Of a stretch of 64,000 nt of DNA, positions 1 through 9,664 are shown one piece after another. The notes below the pieces were generated by a model that saw only the letters and a list, made by a program, of their open reading frames with translations, searched no databases and had not been told where the DNA came from. Origin of the DNA: an uncultured bacterium (GTDB lineage: Bacteria > Bdellovibrionota_C > UBA2361 > JANWWW01); NCBI GenBank assembly GCA_938038205.1, contig CALHSA010000003.1, positions 3,760 to 67,759 of the forward strand, in the 5' to 3' direction. The position numbers and the translations under genes were made by a program. The stretch's first letter is position 1; each line of letters begins with the position of its first letter.

Positions 1-544
1 TCATTACTCAAAAGTTGACTATCAAGTGCTAGCGGAAAAAATCAAGTCAACCCTTGGATTATCTCAGACACCTGTTAGGATAGAATGCTTAGATGTATCT
101 AATTTTGGAGACTGGGGAATCTCGGCGGGATTCTCGGTATTCGTGGCCGGAGAACCAAAATTAGACGAATACATTATACTAAAACTAAAACAAAGGCGAC
201 GAGACGATTATGCATCGATTCAACAAGCCATAAATCTTAGAGTTCATAAAGAAAAACCTTTATTTGATCTTTTAGTAATTGACGGCGGGTACAGTCACCT
301 TGAAGTTGCGTTAAAAACCTTTGAAAAACTTAGTCTTAATATCCCAGTTGTTGCAATCGCAAAAAAGAGAGAAAAAGCTAGCTTTGATCGTTTGTACCTT
401 CCTGGCAGAAAGGATCCTGTGATTTTACAAGATGGTTCTTTACTTCATTCTTTCTTTGCGAGTCTCAGAGATGAAGCCCATAGACTGGCGAATACATTTA
501 CCCGATACTTAAAAAAACGCTCTCTACGAAGTGAATTAAGATGA
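1..544 (+). CDS. uvrC: UvrC excinuclease subunit C, partial (gene starts upstream of window); C-terminal (HhH)2 region missing from this frame
   Basis: Translation contains the UvrC middle/endonuclease-region motifs 'VRIECLDVSNF', 'LLVIDGGYSHL' and 'RDEAHRLA..TRYLKKRSLRSEL', collinear with E. coli UvrC residues ~370-545. Reading frame is open to position 1. Stop at 542-544. Confidence 0.8.
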   Translation, partial: HYSKVDYQVLAEKIKSTLGLSQTPVRIECLDVSNFGDWGISAGFSVFVAGEPKLDEYIILKLKQRRRDDYASIQQAINLRVHKEKPLFDLLVIDGGYSHLEVALKTFEKLSLNIPVVAIAKKREKASFDRLYLPGRKDPVILQDGSLLHSFFASLRDEAHRLANTFTRYLKKRSLRSELR

Positions 545-1428
545 CTTATTACTCGATCTTTCAAGAAAAAAAGCCAACAAAATACCTACTTAACAAGTAC
601 AGTTCCCCTGGGGAAATTTTACAAAATTTAAATGAGGTTTTTTTTGATATTGCTATTTATGGATGTAGTTTTACTGCCTTTCACTTGGCATACATACTGG
701 CAAAAAACAATCTTTCAGTCTTAGTTATTTTTAATAAAAACTTAAAATATGCTCCTATAATAATGTGTAATCCGGCTTTTCTCTCTGGTTTTTGTAGAAA
801 AGTCTTTTTTCTAAAAGTTGAAAATAGGTATCAAGATTTCAATCCTGAACAATCAGTTGGAGAGTGTACGCATTATTATCTAGAGTACCCTCGCCTGAGT
901 ACGGACATGGCAATAACCGCAATGGACGAAGGAACTAATCTTCTTCCAAACACTGAACTTTTAACATTCAAGGAGGAAAATGATAGAGTGATTGTTTCCT
1001 TAAAATACTCTAACCAAGAATTCACATTAACTTGTAGAACTCTTATCTTAAATTGGTATATACCTTCATCAGCGTCCCGAGAGCTTTTCAGTTTTATGAG
1101 TTATCAAAAAGCTAACTTTAGTCTAGGAAGTAATATCTTAGGCAAGGATTTTTTAGTCTTAAACCGTGGAACTGAAACAGAAATTTACGTAAATGATCAT
1201 TTGGGTGAGTTTATATCTTTTGATATTAAAAGGAATTTAATCAAGTCACGAGTTTGGGTCTTGAATGAGTCGAATCCATTAAGTGTTGCAAAAAAAATTT
1301 TAAGCCATAGTAATTTTTCGACAGCGCTACCGTCAATTCTTTCAGGCTCTTATTTTCGTTGGATAAAAAAAACTGATAATATGATACGCTTAGTAAGTAT
1401 TATTGAAGAATGCGGCTTGTTATTTTAA
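541..1428 (+). CDS. Hypothetical protein; N-terminal ~40 aa resemble the UvrC C-terminal HhH segment (LLNKYSSPGEILQNLNEV); degenerate Rossmann-like stretch (DIAIYGCSFTAFHLAYILAKNNLSVLVI)
   Basis: ORF of 295 aa starting at an ATG that overlaps the uvrC stop (ATGA). No confident family assignment. See finding on possible uvrC frameshift/fusion. Confidence 0.4.
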   Translation: MTYYSIFQEKKPTKYLLNKYSSPGEILQNLNEVFFDIAIYGCSFTAFHLAYILAKNNLSVLVIFNKNLKYAPIIMCNPAFLSGFCRKVFFLKVENRYQDFNPEQSVGECTHYYLEYPRLSTDMAITAMDEGTNLLPNTELLTFKEENDRVIVSLKYSNQEFTLTCRTLILNWYIPSSASRELFSFMSYQKANFSLGSNILGKDFLVLNRGTETEIYVNDHLGEFISFDIKRNLIKSRVWVLNESNPLSVAKKILSHSNFSTALPSILSGSYFRWIKKTDNMIRLVSIIEECGLLF

Positions 1429-2036
1429 TTTCGATTCTAGTCTTAGTTATTTTTATTTTTGTATTTGAATTACCCTCAAGTAATTCCCATACTAATGTAT
1501 CTTTGCAGGAACAAAAAAAGATTGAATTTAAAGCAGAGCCTCCTGAACTTTCTGATCAAGAATTTGAAGCGAAGGCAAATATAATTCAAGAAGGTATGAG
1601 CTTTAAGCAAAATCCCCCGGATAACTTAATCTCTGAACCGAATATTGACGTGAATCAATTAGCTAAAACCCACAGATTAATGATCGAGGCTAGAGATTCT
1701 TTCTTCAAAACATTAATTCAGGACTTAAGAAAAAATTTCTCTCCAATGGAAAACTTAGATATTCTTGTTGCAATTAGGGACTCTTTGGAAAAGTATAGGG
1801 AGCAAAGGGAGTTATTAAAGCAGAGAGCAAGAGAGGTTCTAAGACTTCATGAAACTCAAGACCCAAAGTTATTTGAAAAGGCTACTCAATACCGAAATGA
1901 AAGAAATGAGTATTACAAAACCCTTTCTGTAAGCATTAGAAACTATCTTTTGGAGAAAGGTTGGAAAACTGATCAAGTTGACTTAGCAATAAGCTTATTT
2001 GAGAAGCACCTAGAAAACCAGAGGTTGGTCTTTTAG
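1410..2036 (+). CDS. Hypothetical membrane-anchored coiled-coil protein, possibly flagellar-associated by position (directly upstream of fliK)
   Basis: N-terminal hydrophobic helix (LVILISILVLVIFIFVF) followed by a charged, helical region. Same strand and tight spacing with the fliK-flgD-flgE genes. Confidence 0.35.
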   Translation: MRLVILISILVLVIFIFVFELPSSNSHTNVSLQEQKKIEFKAEPPELSDQEFEAKANIIQEGMSFKQNPPDNLISEPNIDVNQLAKTHRLMIEARDSFFKTLIQDLRKNFSPMENLDILVAIRDSLEKYREQRELLKQRAREVLRLHETQDPKLFEKATQYRNERNEYYKTLSVSIRNYLLEKGWKTDQVDLAISLFEKHLENQRLVF

Positions 2037-2063
2037 CATAATTTTTGATCTTAGTTCTTATGT

Positions 2064-3533
2064 GTGAAAATTATTCCGGTTAATTACTACAGAGGTAATG
2101 ATGAATTAAACCTGGACTCTGGTGATAGCTTAACTGATATCAATTTAAGCACTTTACTGGGAGAGTTTTTTCAAAATCTTTGTTGCTATTTTAATCCAGG
2201 TAAAAATCCTCTGGAGTTTTATTCAAGATTTGAAACGACGTTGACTACTAATACGCAAAAACCAAATGAGGAAACGGGAACACAAATAAGGGACTATGAT
2301 ACCCTTGTCAGAGACGTAATTTGCCTGGAATTTGCGTATCAAGATCAGACGAGCGAAGAGAATTTAGAATATGCATTAAATCTGGGAATACCTTTTAAAG
2401 AGCTTGAAAACCAAAAGATACTCAAAACCGATCCAAAAGATATTGTTAGACTGCACCAAAATGAAAAAGACTCGTTAGGGAGTAACCGAGTAAATCACAG
2501 CTTAGAAATAGATAAAATAACTTATGGAGATAATGGAGTGTATGATAATACTTTTAATGTTTCGATATTACCCTCTGAATCGAATACTAATCTTCTAGCT
2601 GAGGTTTTACAAAATCAACTAACAGCAATTAAGCAAGCTAACAGTTTGGATAGCAGTAAATATGAGACTCCTGAGCAAACGAATCCTACAAAAATTGAAA
2701 CTGCGCTAAAAAACTTTATAGGAGTTGAAATTGAGCAAAAGAGTGCTCAAAGAGTTCAACTTGAGCACAAAAACCTCAGCCAAATTGAGCAAATTGAAAA
2801 AAAAATAGAAAATTTAACGCCTAAAAGCATACTTATTCAAACACCAGTGTTCAGAGTCGATCTCGATAAAGATTTTAAACCGAAGAATTCAAACATAAGT
2901 GTATCCCAGCATTATTCCCGACCTATTGATGATTGTAACATCTATAGCTTCTTACCTGTAATGCAAATCAAAAACAGTAAGTACGCTGCTTTTTACGACT
3001 TTAATAAAGAGGAAAATTCAAATCCAGATATGGAATTCGAAACTTTAAAATCCGAACTTGAAATAAAGTATGATTCTGGTCAGGATTCCGTAGTTGAGGA
3101 TAGTAGCGGTAACATAGGAATATATGCTAAAACAACTAACTACCATGTAGGTGGGCTCGATAATGAGAGAATTCTTTCTGAGGATATCAGTAATTTTCAA
3201 TCATACTTTGAAATAAAAGATAAGATTTATGATTCAATACTTAAAACTACCTTTGACCTAGATCATTTAACCCAGGTACATGCAAGGTTAAATATAGATG
3301 TTGGATCAGTTAAGCTGATTAAAATGTCGATTATCGACGGAGTACTTGAGGTAAGCATGTTTACAGAAAATTTAAGTCTTAAAGCACTATTGGAGAATGA
3401 CAAAGATGAGCTTTTAAAGAAGCTAGAAAAACGTGGTATTAAACAAATTAAATTTGAATTTAGCGAGGAAAAATTTTCTAGACTAGATGTGGCTCAAAAT
3501 TTGCATATTAATAATTTATCTAAATATGAGTAA
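2064..3533 (+). CDS. fliK: Flagellar hook-length control protein FliK (putative)
   Basis: 489-aa low-complexity Q/E/N-rich protein immediately upstream of flgD-flgE. C-terminus (RLNIDVGSVKLIKMSIIDGVLEVSMFTENLSLKALLENDKDELLKKLEKRGIKQIKFEF) fits the FliK C-terminal (Flg_hook) pattern L.P..LG.V.v.l....l.v.f...........L...L...Gi.... Confidence 0.6.
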   Translation: MKIIPVNYYRGNDELNLDSGDSLTDINLSTLLGEFFQNLCCYFNPGKNPLEFYSRFETTLTTNTQKPNEETGTQIRDYDTLVRDVICLEFAYQDQTSEENLEYALNLGIPFKELENQKILKTDPKDIVRLHQNEKDSLGSNRVNHSLEIDKITYGDNGVYDNTFNVSILPSESNTNLLAEVLQNQLTAIKQANSLDSSKYETPEQTNPTKIETALKNFIGVEIEQKSAQRVQLEHKNLSQIEQIEKKIENLTPKSILIQTPVFRVDLDKDFKPKNSNISVSQHYSRPIDDCNIYSFLPVMQIKNSKYAAFYDFNKEENSNPDMEFETLKSELEIKYDSGQDSVVEDSSGNIGIYAKTTNYHVGGLDNERILSEDISNFQSYFEIKDKIYDSILKTTFDLDHLTQVHARLNIDVGSVKLIKMSIIDGVLEVSMFTENLSLKALLENDKDELLKKLEKRGIKQIKFEFSEEKFSRLDVAQNLHINNLSKYE

Positions 3534-4164
3534 TAAAATTGAAAGTTTAATCAACCACTTAAATGGTCCTTCTGATTTGGGTGTAAAAAAGAATTCAGCT
3601 CAGGAAACAAAGGACCAGTTTCTTCAAATGCTGATTGCTCAATTGAAAAATCAGGATCCATTAAACCCAGTTTCAAATGATCGTTTTGCGGTTGATTTAG
3701 CGACTTTTAGCCAGCTTGAACAATTGATTTCAATTAATGAAAAAATTTCATCAAATGATAGTGGCTTAAACCTATCAGCTAGTTTATTAGGTAAAACTAT
3801 AATTCTAAAGGATCAAACCTTTACTGTTCAGAATGGTTCGCTCCAAGAGGGTATATTCATTGACGTACCAAAACAGTACGAAAGTATTAAGGTTTCAGTG
3901 CTTGATAAATTCGGTAGAGAGGTATACCAAAGCACTCTTAATGACTTCAGGGTTGGGAAAAACCTGGTTTCCCTAGAATCTTTGGATCTACCGGACGGTG
4001 AGTATACTATTACAGTTCAGGGAATCAAATCTGGTAATTTTGAAAACTTAAAATCCTCTCCGGCGATTACGATCTATGGACTAATTCCAGGCGCAGAGCC
4101 TAAATTCATTGGAGGCAACAGGGAAATTTCGCTAAAAGACATTGATCAAATTTGGAGTATTTAA
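3526..4164 (+). CDS. flgD: Flagellar hook capping/assembly protein FlgD
   Basis: Motif 'FLQMLIAQLKNQDPLNP' matches the conserved FlgD N-terminal box. The likely start is the ATG at 3526 (MSNKIESL...) rather than 3487 of the ORF track. It overlaps the fliK stop by 8 nt. Confidence 0.8.
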   Translation: MSNKIESLINHLNGPSDLGVKKNSAQETKDQFLQMLIAQLKNQDPLNPVSNDRFAVDLATFSQLEQLISINEKISSNDSGLNLSASLLGKTIILKDQTFTVQNGSLQEGIFIDVPKQYESIKVSVLDKFGREVYQSTLNDFRVGKNLVSLESLDLPDGEYTITVQGIKSGNFENLKSSPAITIYGLIPGAEPKFIGGNREISLKDIDQIWSI

Positions 4165-4179
4165 AAATAGATTTAAGCT

Positions 4180-5505
4180 ATGAGTTCAATAATTAATGGT
4201 TTATTTTCAGGTAGGTCAGGAGTATCAAGCCATGGAACGGCAATATCAGTTATTGGCGATAATATATCAAATGCCAATACTATTGGTTTTAAAACTGCTA
4301 GAGCAGAATTTGAGGACCTTGTTGCTTCTGGTCAAGCCTCAAATAGGATAATCGGATCGGGGTCACAAATTGGCTCTGTATCCACCATTTTTACTCAAGG
4401 AACACTTGAATCAACGACCAGGCAGCTTGACCTTGCAATAGCTGGAAATGGATTCTTTATCCTAGATAAAAATGGGGAAAGATTTTACACCAGAGCGGGA
4501 AATTTCAAACTCGATAATGAAGGTTTCATAATTAATCAATCTGGAATGTACGTTCTAGGTTATGCCGCAAACGGAAGTGGAGATCTAGTTAGAATCAACA
4601 TAAATAACTTCAATGCCAACAATGAAATATATACAACCAGAGTAAAAATTACTGGAAATGTGGATGCTAATCAGCCAATTTTACCCGCTGCAACATTAAC
4701 TGCTTTAAACGCAGGAACACCACTTGCTGGTTCTCCCACTGCAGGATCTACAACTTTTGCCGATTTAGCTAGTGCTGCTGCCTATTCAACAGTATTTGAG
4801 GTATTTGATTCTCTTGGCCAAAGTCATAACATTACAGCCTTCTTTTTCAAAACGGGAGTGAATCAGTACACTGTGCAATTTTACGTAAAAGCTGAGGAGG
4901 TTCAGAATAGTCCAGCAAGTGATGCTGGTTTACCGCGAAGATTAGCCAATGCAGGACAAACTGACTGGGATATTGTTTTAACTTTTACTGGTACCGGGCA
5001 ACTGGCAGCTACCTCAGAAACTGAATTGACAGTCTCAATTCCATGGGCCAACGGTGCTGATCCCAGTTCAATAACAATTAATCTGGCAGAATTTACCCAA
5101 TTTGCAAGCCCCTCTAATATTAACTCGATCTCTCAAAACGGAAAGGGTGTTGGAATCATTGGTAACATAACTGTATCAAATAATGGTCAAATTTATGCAC
5201 TTTTAACAAATGGTCAATCAGCTTTAATAGGAACAATTGCACTGGCTAATTTTGCTAATCCTGAAGGATTAAATCGTGTAGGATCTAACCTTTTAATTCA
5301 AACACCTAGTTCAGGAGCCCCTATTTTTGGGACCCCAAATAGGGGTACATTTGGTAGTTTGGAGTCAGGACGACTAGAATTATCAACTGTTGATATAGCA
5401 GATCAGTTTGTCAAATTAATAATGTATCAGAAGGGATACCAAGCTAACTCTCGTGTAATATCATCAATTAACCAACTTTTAAATGAGTTAATTCAATTAG
5501 TTTAA
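4180..5505 (+). CDS. flgE: Flagellar hook protein FlgE
   Basis: 441 aa. The N-terminus (LFSGRSGVSSHGTAISVIGDNISNANTIGFK) and C-terminus (LELSTVDIADQFVKLIMYQKGYQANSRVISS) match the conserved flagellar hook/rod protein termini. Its position after flgD supports the call. Confidence 0.85.
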   Translation: MSSIINGLFSGRSGVSSHGTAISVIGDNISNANTIGFKTARAEFEDLVASGQASNRIIGSGSQIGSVSTIFTQGTLESTTRQLDLAIAGNGFFILDKNGERFYTRAGNFKLDNEGFIINQSGMYVLGYAANGSGDLVRININNFNANNEIYTTRVKITGNVDANQPILPAATLTALNAGTPLAGSPTAGSTTFADLASAAAYSTVFEVFDSLGQSHNITAFFFKTGVNQYTVQFYVKAEEVQNSPASDAGLPRRLANAGQTDWDIVLTFTGTGQLAATSETELTVSIPWANGADPSSITINLAEFTQFASPSNINSISQNGKGVGIIGNITVSNNGQIYALLTNGQSALIGTIALANFANPEGLNRVGSNLLIQTPSSGAPIFGTPNRGTFGSLESGRLELSTVDIADQFVKLIMYQKGYQANSRVISSINQLLNELIQLV

Positions 5506-5562
5506 GTCCAAAAAATTTGAAATTTTGGTCTTAAACGCTTAAATTATATTTAGAAAGCAAAA

Positions 5563-6168
5563 ATGAATAAAGAAGAGGGAGAGGTCTGTGAAAAATCATC
5601 AGAACCTTCAGAGAATAGTGTTCTTCATGAATTAAATAGTGATGAAGTCAACAACACAGATCTAGCCACAAGCCAAAACCCAGATGATCAAGGGTGGAGA
5701 GATAAATATTTAAGACTTTTAGCTGAATTTGATAACTACAAAAAGCACGTCTCCCAGCAAATTTATGAGATCAGAAAGTATGAGGGTGAAAATATTTTTA
5801 GAGAAATTATTGACATAATTGATGACCTTGAAAGAGCTCTTTCATACTCTAGTGAGGAGGAGATAAAAAATCACCCGGTCTTACGAGGAGTTGATCTAAC
5901 CTTAAAAAATTTAAACAGAATCCTTGAAAAGTTTGGTTTACAGAGCAAATCTGTTCTAAATCAAAAGTTTGATCCGAACACTATGGAAGCGATTCAGAGA
6001 GTTGAGGTGGAAAAGAATAAAGATGGCTACGTAATAAATGAGTTCAAAAAATTATACCTTTTCAAGGATAGGATTTTACGTTGTGCAACCGTAGCTGTAG
6101 GTGTTGGTATTGAAGCTGAAAATGAAACAACTAATAAAAGTGAGATCACTAACCCTGAGGGTTCTTAA
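5563..6168 (+). CDS. grpE: Nucleotide exchange factor GrpE
   Basis: Acidic N-terminus, 'DNYKKHVSQQIYEIRKYEGENIFREIIDIIDDLERAL' and C-terminal 'RILRCATVAVGVG' match GrpE. Confidence 0.85.
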   Translation: MNKEEGEVCEKSSEPSENSVLHELNSDEVNNTDLATSQNPDDQGWRDKYLRLLAEFDNYKKHVSQQIYEIRKYEGENIFREIIDIIDDLERALSYSSEEEIKNHPVLRGVDLTLKNLNRILEKFGLQSKSVLNQKFDPNTMEAIQRVEVEKNKDGYVINEFKKLYLFKDRILRCATVAVGVGIEAENETTNKSEITNPEGS

Positions 6169-7549
6169 TTCCAGAGATCAAAGTTTTAAGAATAATTTTA
6201 ATATCTAAAAAGATTGACCAATTTTTTAAATACAACAAATCATATTTCAATCTCTCCTCAATCGATGTATCACCCCGGTAACCATTAACTTGGGCTAAAC
6301 CTGTTAAACCAGCAGGCACCTTATGTCTAAGCATATACGAAGGAATCTTTTGTCTAAATTGCTTTATAAAGTAAGGCCTCTCGGGTCTTGGCCCAACTAT
6401 TGACATATCTCCTTTGAGAATATTCCATAGCTGAGGCAACTCATCCAAGCTCCATTTTCTCAAAAATCTGCCAACCTTAGTAACTCTAGGATCATTTTTA
6501 ACTGTCCACCCAGGTCCCTGTTTTTCAGAATCCGTGACCATAGTTCGAAACTTATAAATCTTAAACTTAGTTCCATCAAGAGTTACCCGCTCTTGCGAGT
6601 AAAAAACAGGCCCCTTTGAGGTTAGTTTTATAACTAAAGCAATTATAAGCATAACAGGAGATAATATTACCAAGGCAATACTTGCTAAGGTTAAATCAAA
6701 AATTCTTTTAACAATCCTTTCAGTTCCTTGAATTGGGCTCTCTTGAATAGAAATTATGGGCAAACCATCGAACTCCTCGATTGAACCTCCAACTGTAAGT
6801 AATCCACCAAGATCAGGTATGATCTTTACATCAACATGCGTAGTACTAAGCACTTCAACTAAATCTGCTATATTCTTCATTTCACTGAGAGGAAGTGAGC
6901 AAACGACTGTATCAACTTTATACTTGGTTATGACATCTAATAAATCCTGAATCTTTCCCAGTACCGGAACTCCCTCAAAATCCTCACCTTCATAATCATC
7001 TGTTACAAGAATACCTATTATTACAAAACCCAGCTCTTTTGCCTTAGATACACTTTTTATAAAGTCTGCTGCGGAATTACTCTGCCCTACTAGTAATAAA
7101 TATTTTAAATTATATCCTCTCCGCCTTAACTCTCTTAAAACTAACTGAATTAAAGCTCTTTCCAAAATCGTAAAAATATTACAAAAGATCCAGAACCAAC
7201 CAAATGCTAGCCGAGAGAAAGGATCCGTCTTCCCCCATCCTAGGTACGTGAGCGCCAAAAGAATCGCAATACCCACAGTGTTGGCCTTTAAAATAACGCT
7301 TACTTGTGCATAAAAACTTGATAATCTCTTACTCGTATAAAGACCTAGAATCCGAAAAATAAAAGCCCAAATAAGTACAATAAGCCATAAGTGCTCCAAA
7401 TAAACCGAAAAATCAGGAACACCTTTCTCTACTGAAAAAATACCTGAGTGAAACCTAAACCAATAAGCAGAAATCCATGACACTGACACCATGAAGAGAT
7501 CTAATAACAAATAGAAAAACTCGAAAGTTGTTCGACGTTCCTTAATCAC
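6149..7549 (-). CDS. Polyprenyl-phosphate glycosyl-1-phosphate transferase (WbaP/bacterial sugar transferase family), the initiating enzyme of a polysaccharide pathway
   Basis: 466 aa with N-terminal TM helices, a central region, and the C-terminal bacterial sugar transferase domain ending 'MSIVGPRPERPYF'. Confidence 0.85.
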   Translation of the reverse strand: MIKERRTTFEFFYLLLDLFMVSVSWISAYWFRFHSGIFSVEKGVPDFSVYLEHLWLIVLIWAFIFRILGLYTSKRLSSFYAQVSVILKANTVGIAILLALTYLGWGKTDPFSRLAFGWFWIFCNIFTILERALIQLVLRELRRRGYNLKYLLLVGQSNSAADFIKSVSKAKELGFVIIGILVTDDYEGEDFEGVPVLGKIQDLLDVITKYKVDTVVCSLPLSEMKNIADLVEVLSTTHVDVKIIPDLGGLLTVGGSIEEFDGLPIISIQESPIQGTERIVKRIFDLTLASIALVILSPVMLIIALVIKLTSKGPVFYSQERVTLDGTKFKIYKFRTMVTDSEKQGPGWTVKNDPRVTKVGRFLRKWSLDELPQLWNILKGDMSIVGPRPERPYFIKQFRQKIPSYMLRHKVPAGLTGLAQVNGYRGDTSIEERLKYDLLYLKNWSIFLDIKIILKTLISGIKNPQG

Positions 7550-8673
7550 TCTGGCTTAAGATATTCTATTGAAGGATGATTAATTGAGTAAAGAAAGGAC
7601 TTAAATTTCGAGATAAATTCGTAAGTTGAAAATTTTTGAGCGTGCTGCGAAAGTTCAAATTTTGATGGAATAATCAAGTTCCCATTTTCCAATGAAAGAA
7701 CTTTATCAATTAAATTAAAAACCAAATTTGAATTACTATCTAAAGGTATTAGAAAATCTCGAAACATTGATCCACTCATAATTTCAGCAGTGCCTCCATA
7801 ATTAAGACCAATAACAATACCACCTGAAGCCAAATACTCAACAGTGGTTAATCCAAAATCTTCAATGCTCAAAAATACAAAAGCTTTACTGTTATGAAAA
7901 AGATTAACCAACTCAGAATCACTAACATAACCCACAAATTTTATGTTGTCTTTAGCTTTCTTCATTAAGTGCCTTTTTAAAGGTCCTTCTCCGAAAACGA
8001 TAAGAGGAAGACCTAAGGAATTGAATGCTTCAATTACCAGATCAAAATTTTTATTTTCTACCAAAGCTCCACCAGTTAAATAAAAATCACCAGTAAAAGG
8101 ATTTGACTTCCTTAATTTTATACGCTCCAAATCACACGGCGGATAAATTACACTCACAGGGTCTACCCCATAACAGTTACGTATTCGGTCTGCTATAAAA
8201 TTGCTTATAGCAATAAACTTGACCTTATTTCTATCAAAAGCACTATCGTACTTTTGAAACCAATTTAGAATCCATTCTTTTAAAAAGCTTCCCCCCGAGT
8301 ACACTTCCTTAAGATCCCAAGAAGCTCTGAAGGGTGATAAACAATAGCATAAATTATCTAAATCATTTAAGTAAACGTTTTTAGCTAAACAGTGGCTTAT
8401 TGATAAAATAGCTGTAGTATCTTTCGAAATCTTACGCTTAAGATCTGCAACAGCAAGCGGATATAGGGGAAGCAAAGTTCTATAGTATTTTTCGACTGAA
8501 GGGAGTTTATTCAAAAAGCTGGCGGCTGTGAAGTAACTATCAAAAATATCTGACACCCCTGGTTTATAAAAAGCGGTAAAAAGCCTCGGAGATTTAAAAA
8601 GACTTAGTAAAACTTTTAAAACGCGCTCACCACCACGAAATTTGAATATCCAGTCATGGACGATACTCAGCAT
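7546..8673 (-). CDS. Glycosyltransferase family 4 (GT-B)
   Basis: C-terminal 'VFLSIEDFGLTTVEYLASGGIVIG' corresponds to the GT4 E-x7-E motif region. Overlaps neighbouring genes by 4 and 20 nt (operon). Confidence 0.7.
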   Translation of the reverse strand: MLSIVHDWIFKFRGGERVLKVLLSLFKSPRLFTAFYKPGVSDIFDSYFTAASFLNKLPSVEKYYRTLLPLYPLAVADLKRKISKDTTAILSISHCLAKNVYLNDLDNLCYCLSPFRASWDLKEVYSGGSFLKEWILNWFQKYDSAFDRNKVKFIAISNFIADRIRNCYGVDPVSVIYPPCDLERIKLRKSNPFTGDFYLTGGALVENKNFDLVIEAFNSLGLPLIVFGEGPLKRHLMKKAKDNIKFVGYVSDSELVNLFHNSKAFVFLSIEDFGLTTVEYLASGGIVIGLNYGGTAEIMSGSMFRDFLIPLDSNSNLVFNLIDKVLSLENGNLIIPSKFELSQHAQKFSTYEFISKFKSFLYSINHPSIEYLKPE

Positions 8674-9664
8674 AAAGAAACTGGTTTATTACATTACCAA
8701 ACTTATAGTTAAAACTGGTTCCATCAAACTCAGACTGAATAGCTTTAAAATAATTGATGTTGACCTCGTCTCCCCGCTTAAAACTAGCCTTAATCGCACT
8801 CTGTAGAGCATAATCTGAAAGATCTTCACTGAAAATATCAATTTCAGTTTTAAATGGGACAAATGGAGCAAGTGGCCGCGATATTACCGGCGTGTAAGCA
8901 AATCTACTTTCAAGATAAACATAACCAAAGCCCTCGTCAAAAGATGGGATCAGTATCCAACGTGCTCTTTGATATAAATCAATAAGATCTTTGTCAGATG
9001 GATTCGGTACAATATCGATGTTATTTTTTTTCAGATATCTCAAAGAGCCTACGTTACCTGCAATAACCAGTTTTGGGAAGTTTTTCTCCCAGATCTGAAT
9101 CAGATTGTTAACTCCCTTGTGTTTCTTCAAATTTGAAAAAACAGCTAAGTAAAAATCCTCTTTTGATTTTAATTCTAGGTTTCTAAAAATAGGTTTAACT
9201 GGTGGTGGAATAACAATCCAATTTTCAGAGTTTATACCAAACTTTCTTGCCTCAATTTTTGTGTAATTGGAAGGGCATACAACTAAGTTTGAGGAGTTAA
9301 TCGCTCTTTTTATCAACGCCTTAAAAAAAACATCCATTCCTGATTTTGCAAATTTTATGTGTATGAAATCATGAATGTACAACAATATTTGAGTCGGCAA
9401 CCTTGAAACTCCAACGTAGTGCGGTGCAATAACTAATTTAGGCTTGTATTTTTCAACCAAATTTTTCAGAAAAAAATAAGCAAAAGGGTTGTTGCTATTT
9501 TTTTTAAACTCAATTCTCTTAAATTTAGGAGCTAAGTGCTGCATCTGATCAGGATATCCAAGAAGAGCTATATCCTGTTCAGAATTACTAACTGCAACTA
9601 AAATAGCCTCTAAAACGTTCCCGATACCGTAATGGCCTAATTTTCTACAATCAATCCAAATCAT
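8654..9664 (-). CDS. Glycosyltransferase (GT4-like, GT-B fold)
   Basis: C-terminal 'WILIPSFDEGFGYVYLESRFAYTPVIS' matches the GT4 EX7E region. The start ATG directly follows the stop of the upstream GT2 gene (TAAATG). Confidence 0.6.
   Translation of the reverse strand: MIWIDCRKLGHYGIGNVLEAILVAVSNSEQDIALLGYPDQMQHLAPKFKRIEFKKNSNNPFAYFFLKNLVEKYKPKLVIAPHYVGVSRLPTQILLYIHDFIHIKFAKSGMDVFFKALIKRAINSSNLVVCPSNYTKIEARKFGINSENWIVIPPPVKPIFRNLELKSKEDFYLAVFSNLKKHKGVNNLIQIWEKNFPKLVIAGNVGSLRYLKKNNIDIVPNPSDKDLIDLYQRARWILIPSFDEGFGYVYLESRFAYTPVISRPLAPFVPFKTEIDIFSEDLSDYALQSAIKASFKRGDEVNINYFKAIQSEFDGTSFNYKFGNVINQFLYAEYRP

Noticed and set aside
3487-3525. N-terminal 13 codons of the ORF-track flgD (MWLKICILIIYLN)
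   Set aside because: The conserved FlgD sequence begins at the ATG at 3526. The upstream extension overlaps the fliK 3' end and is probably not translated.
6756-6950. 64-aa plus-strand ORF inside the sugar transferase gene
   Set aside because: Entirely antisense to a well-supported CDS; low-complexity translation. This is a typical spurious ORF in an AT-rich genome.
8689-8871. 60-aa minus-strand ORF nested within the GT gene 8654-9664
   Set aside because: Alternative frame inside a longer, motif-supported CDS.
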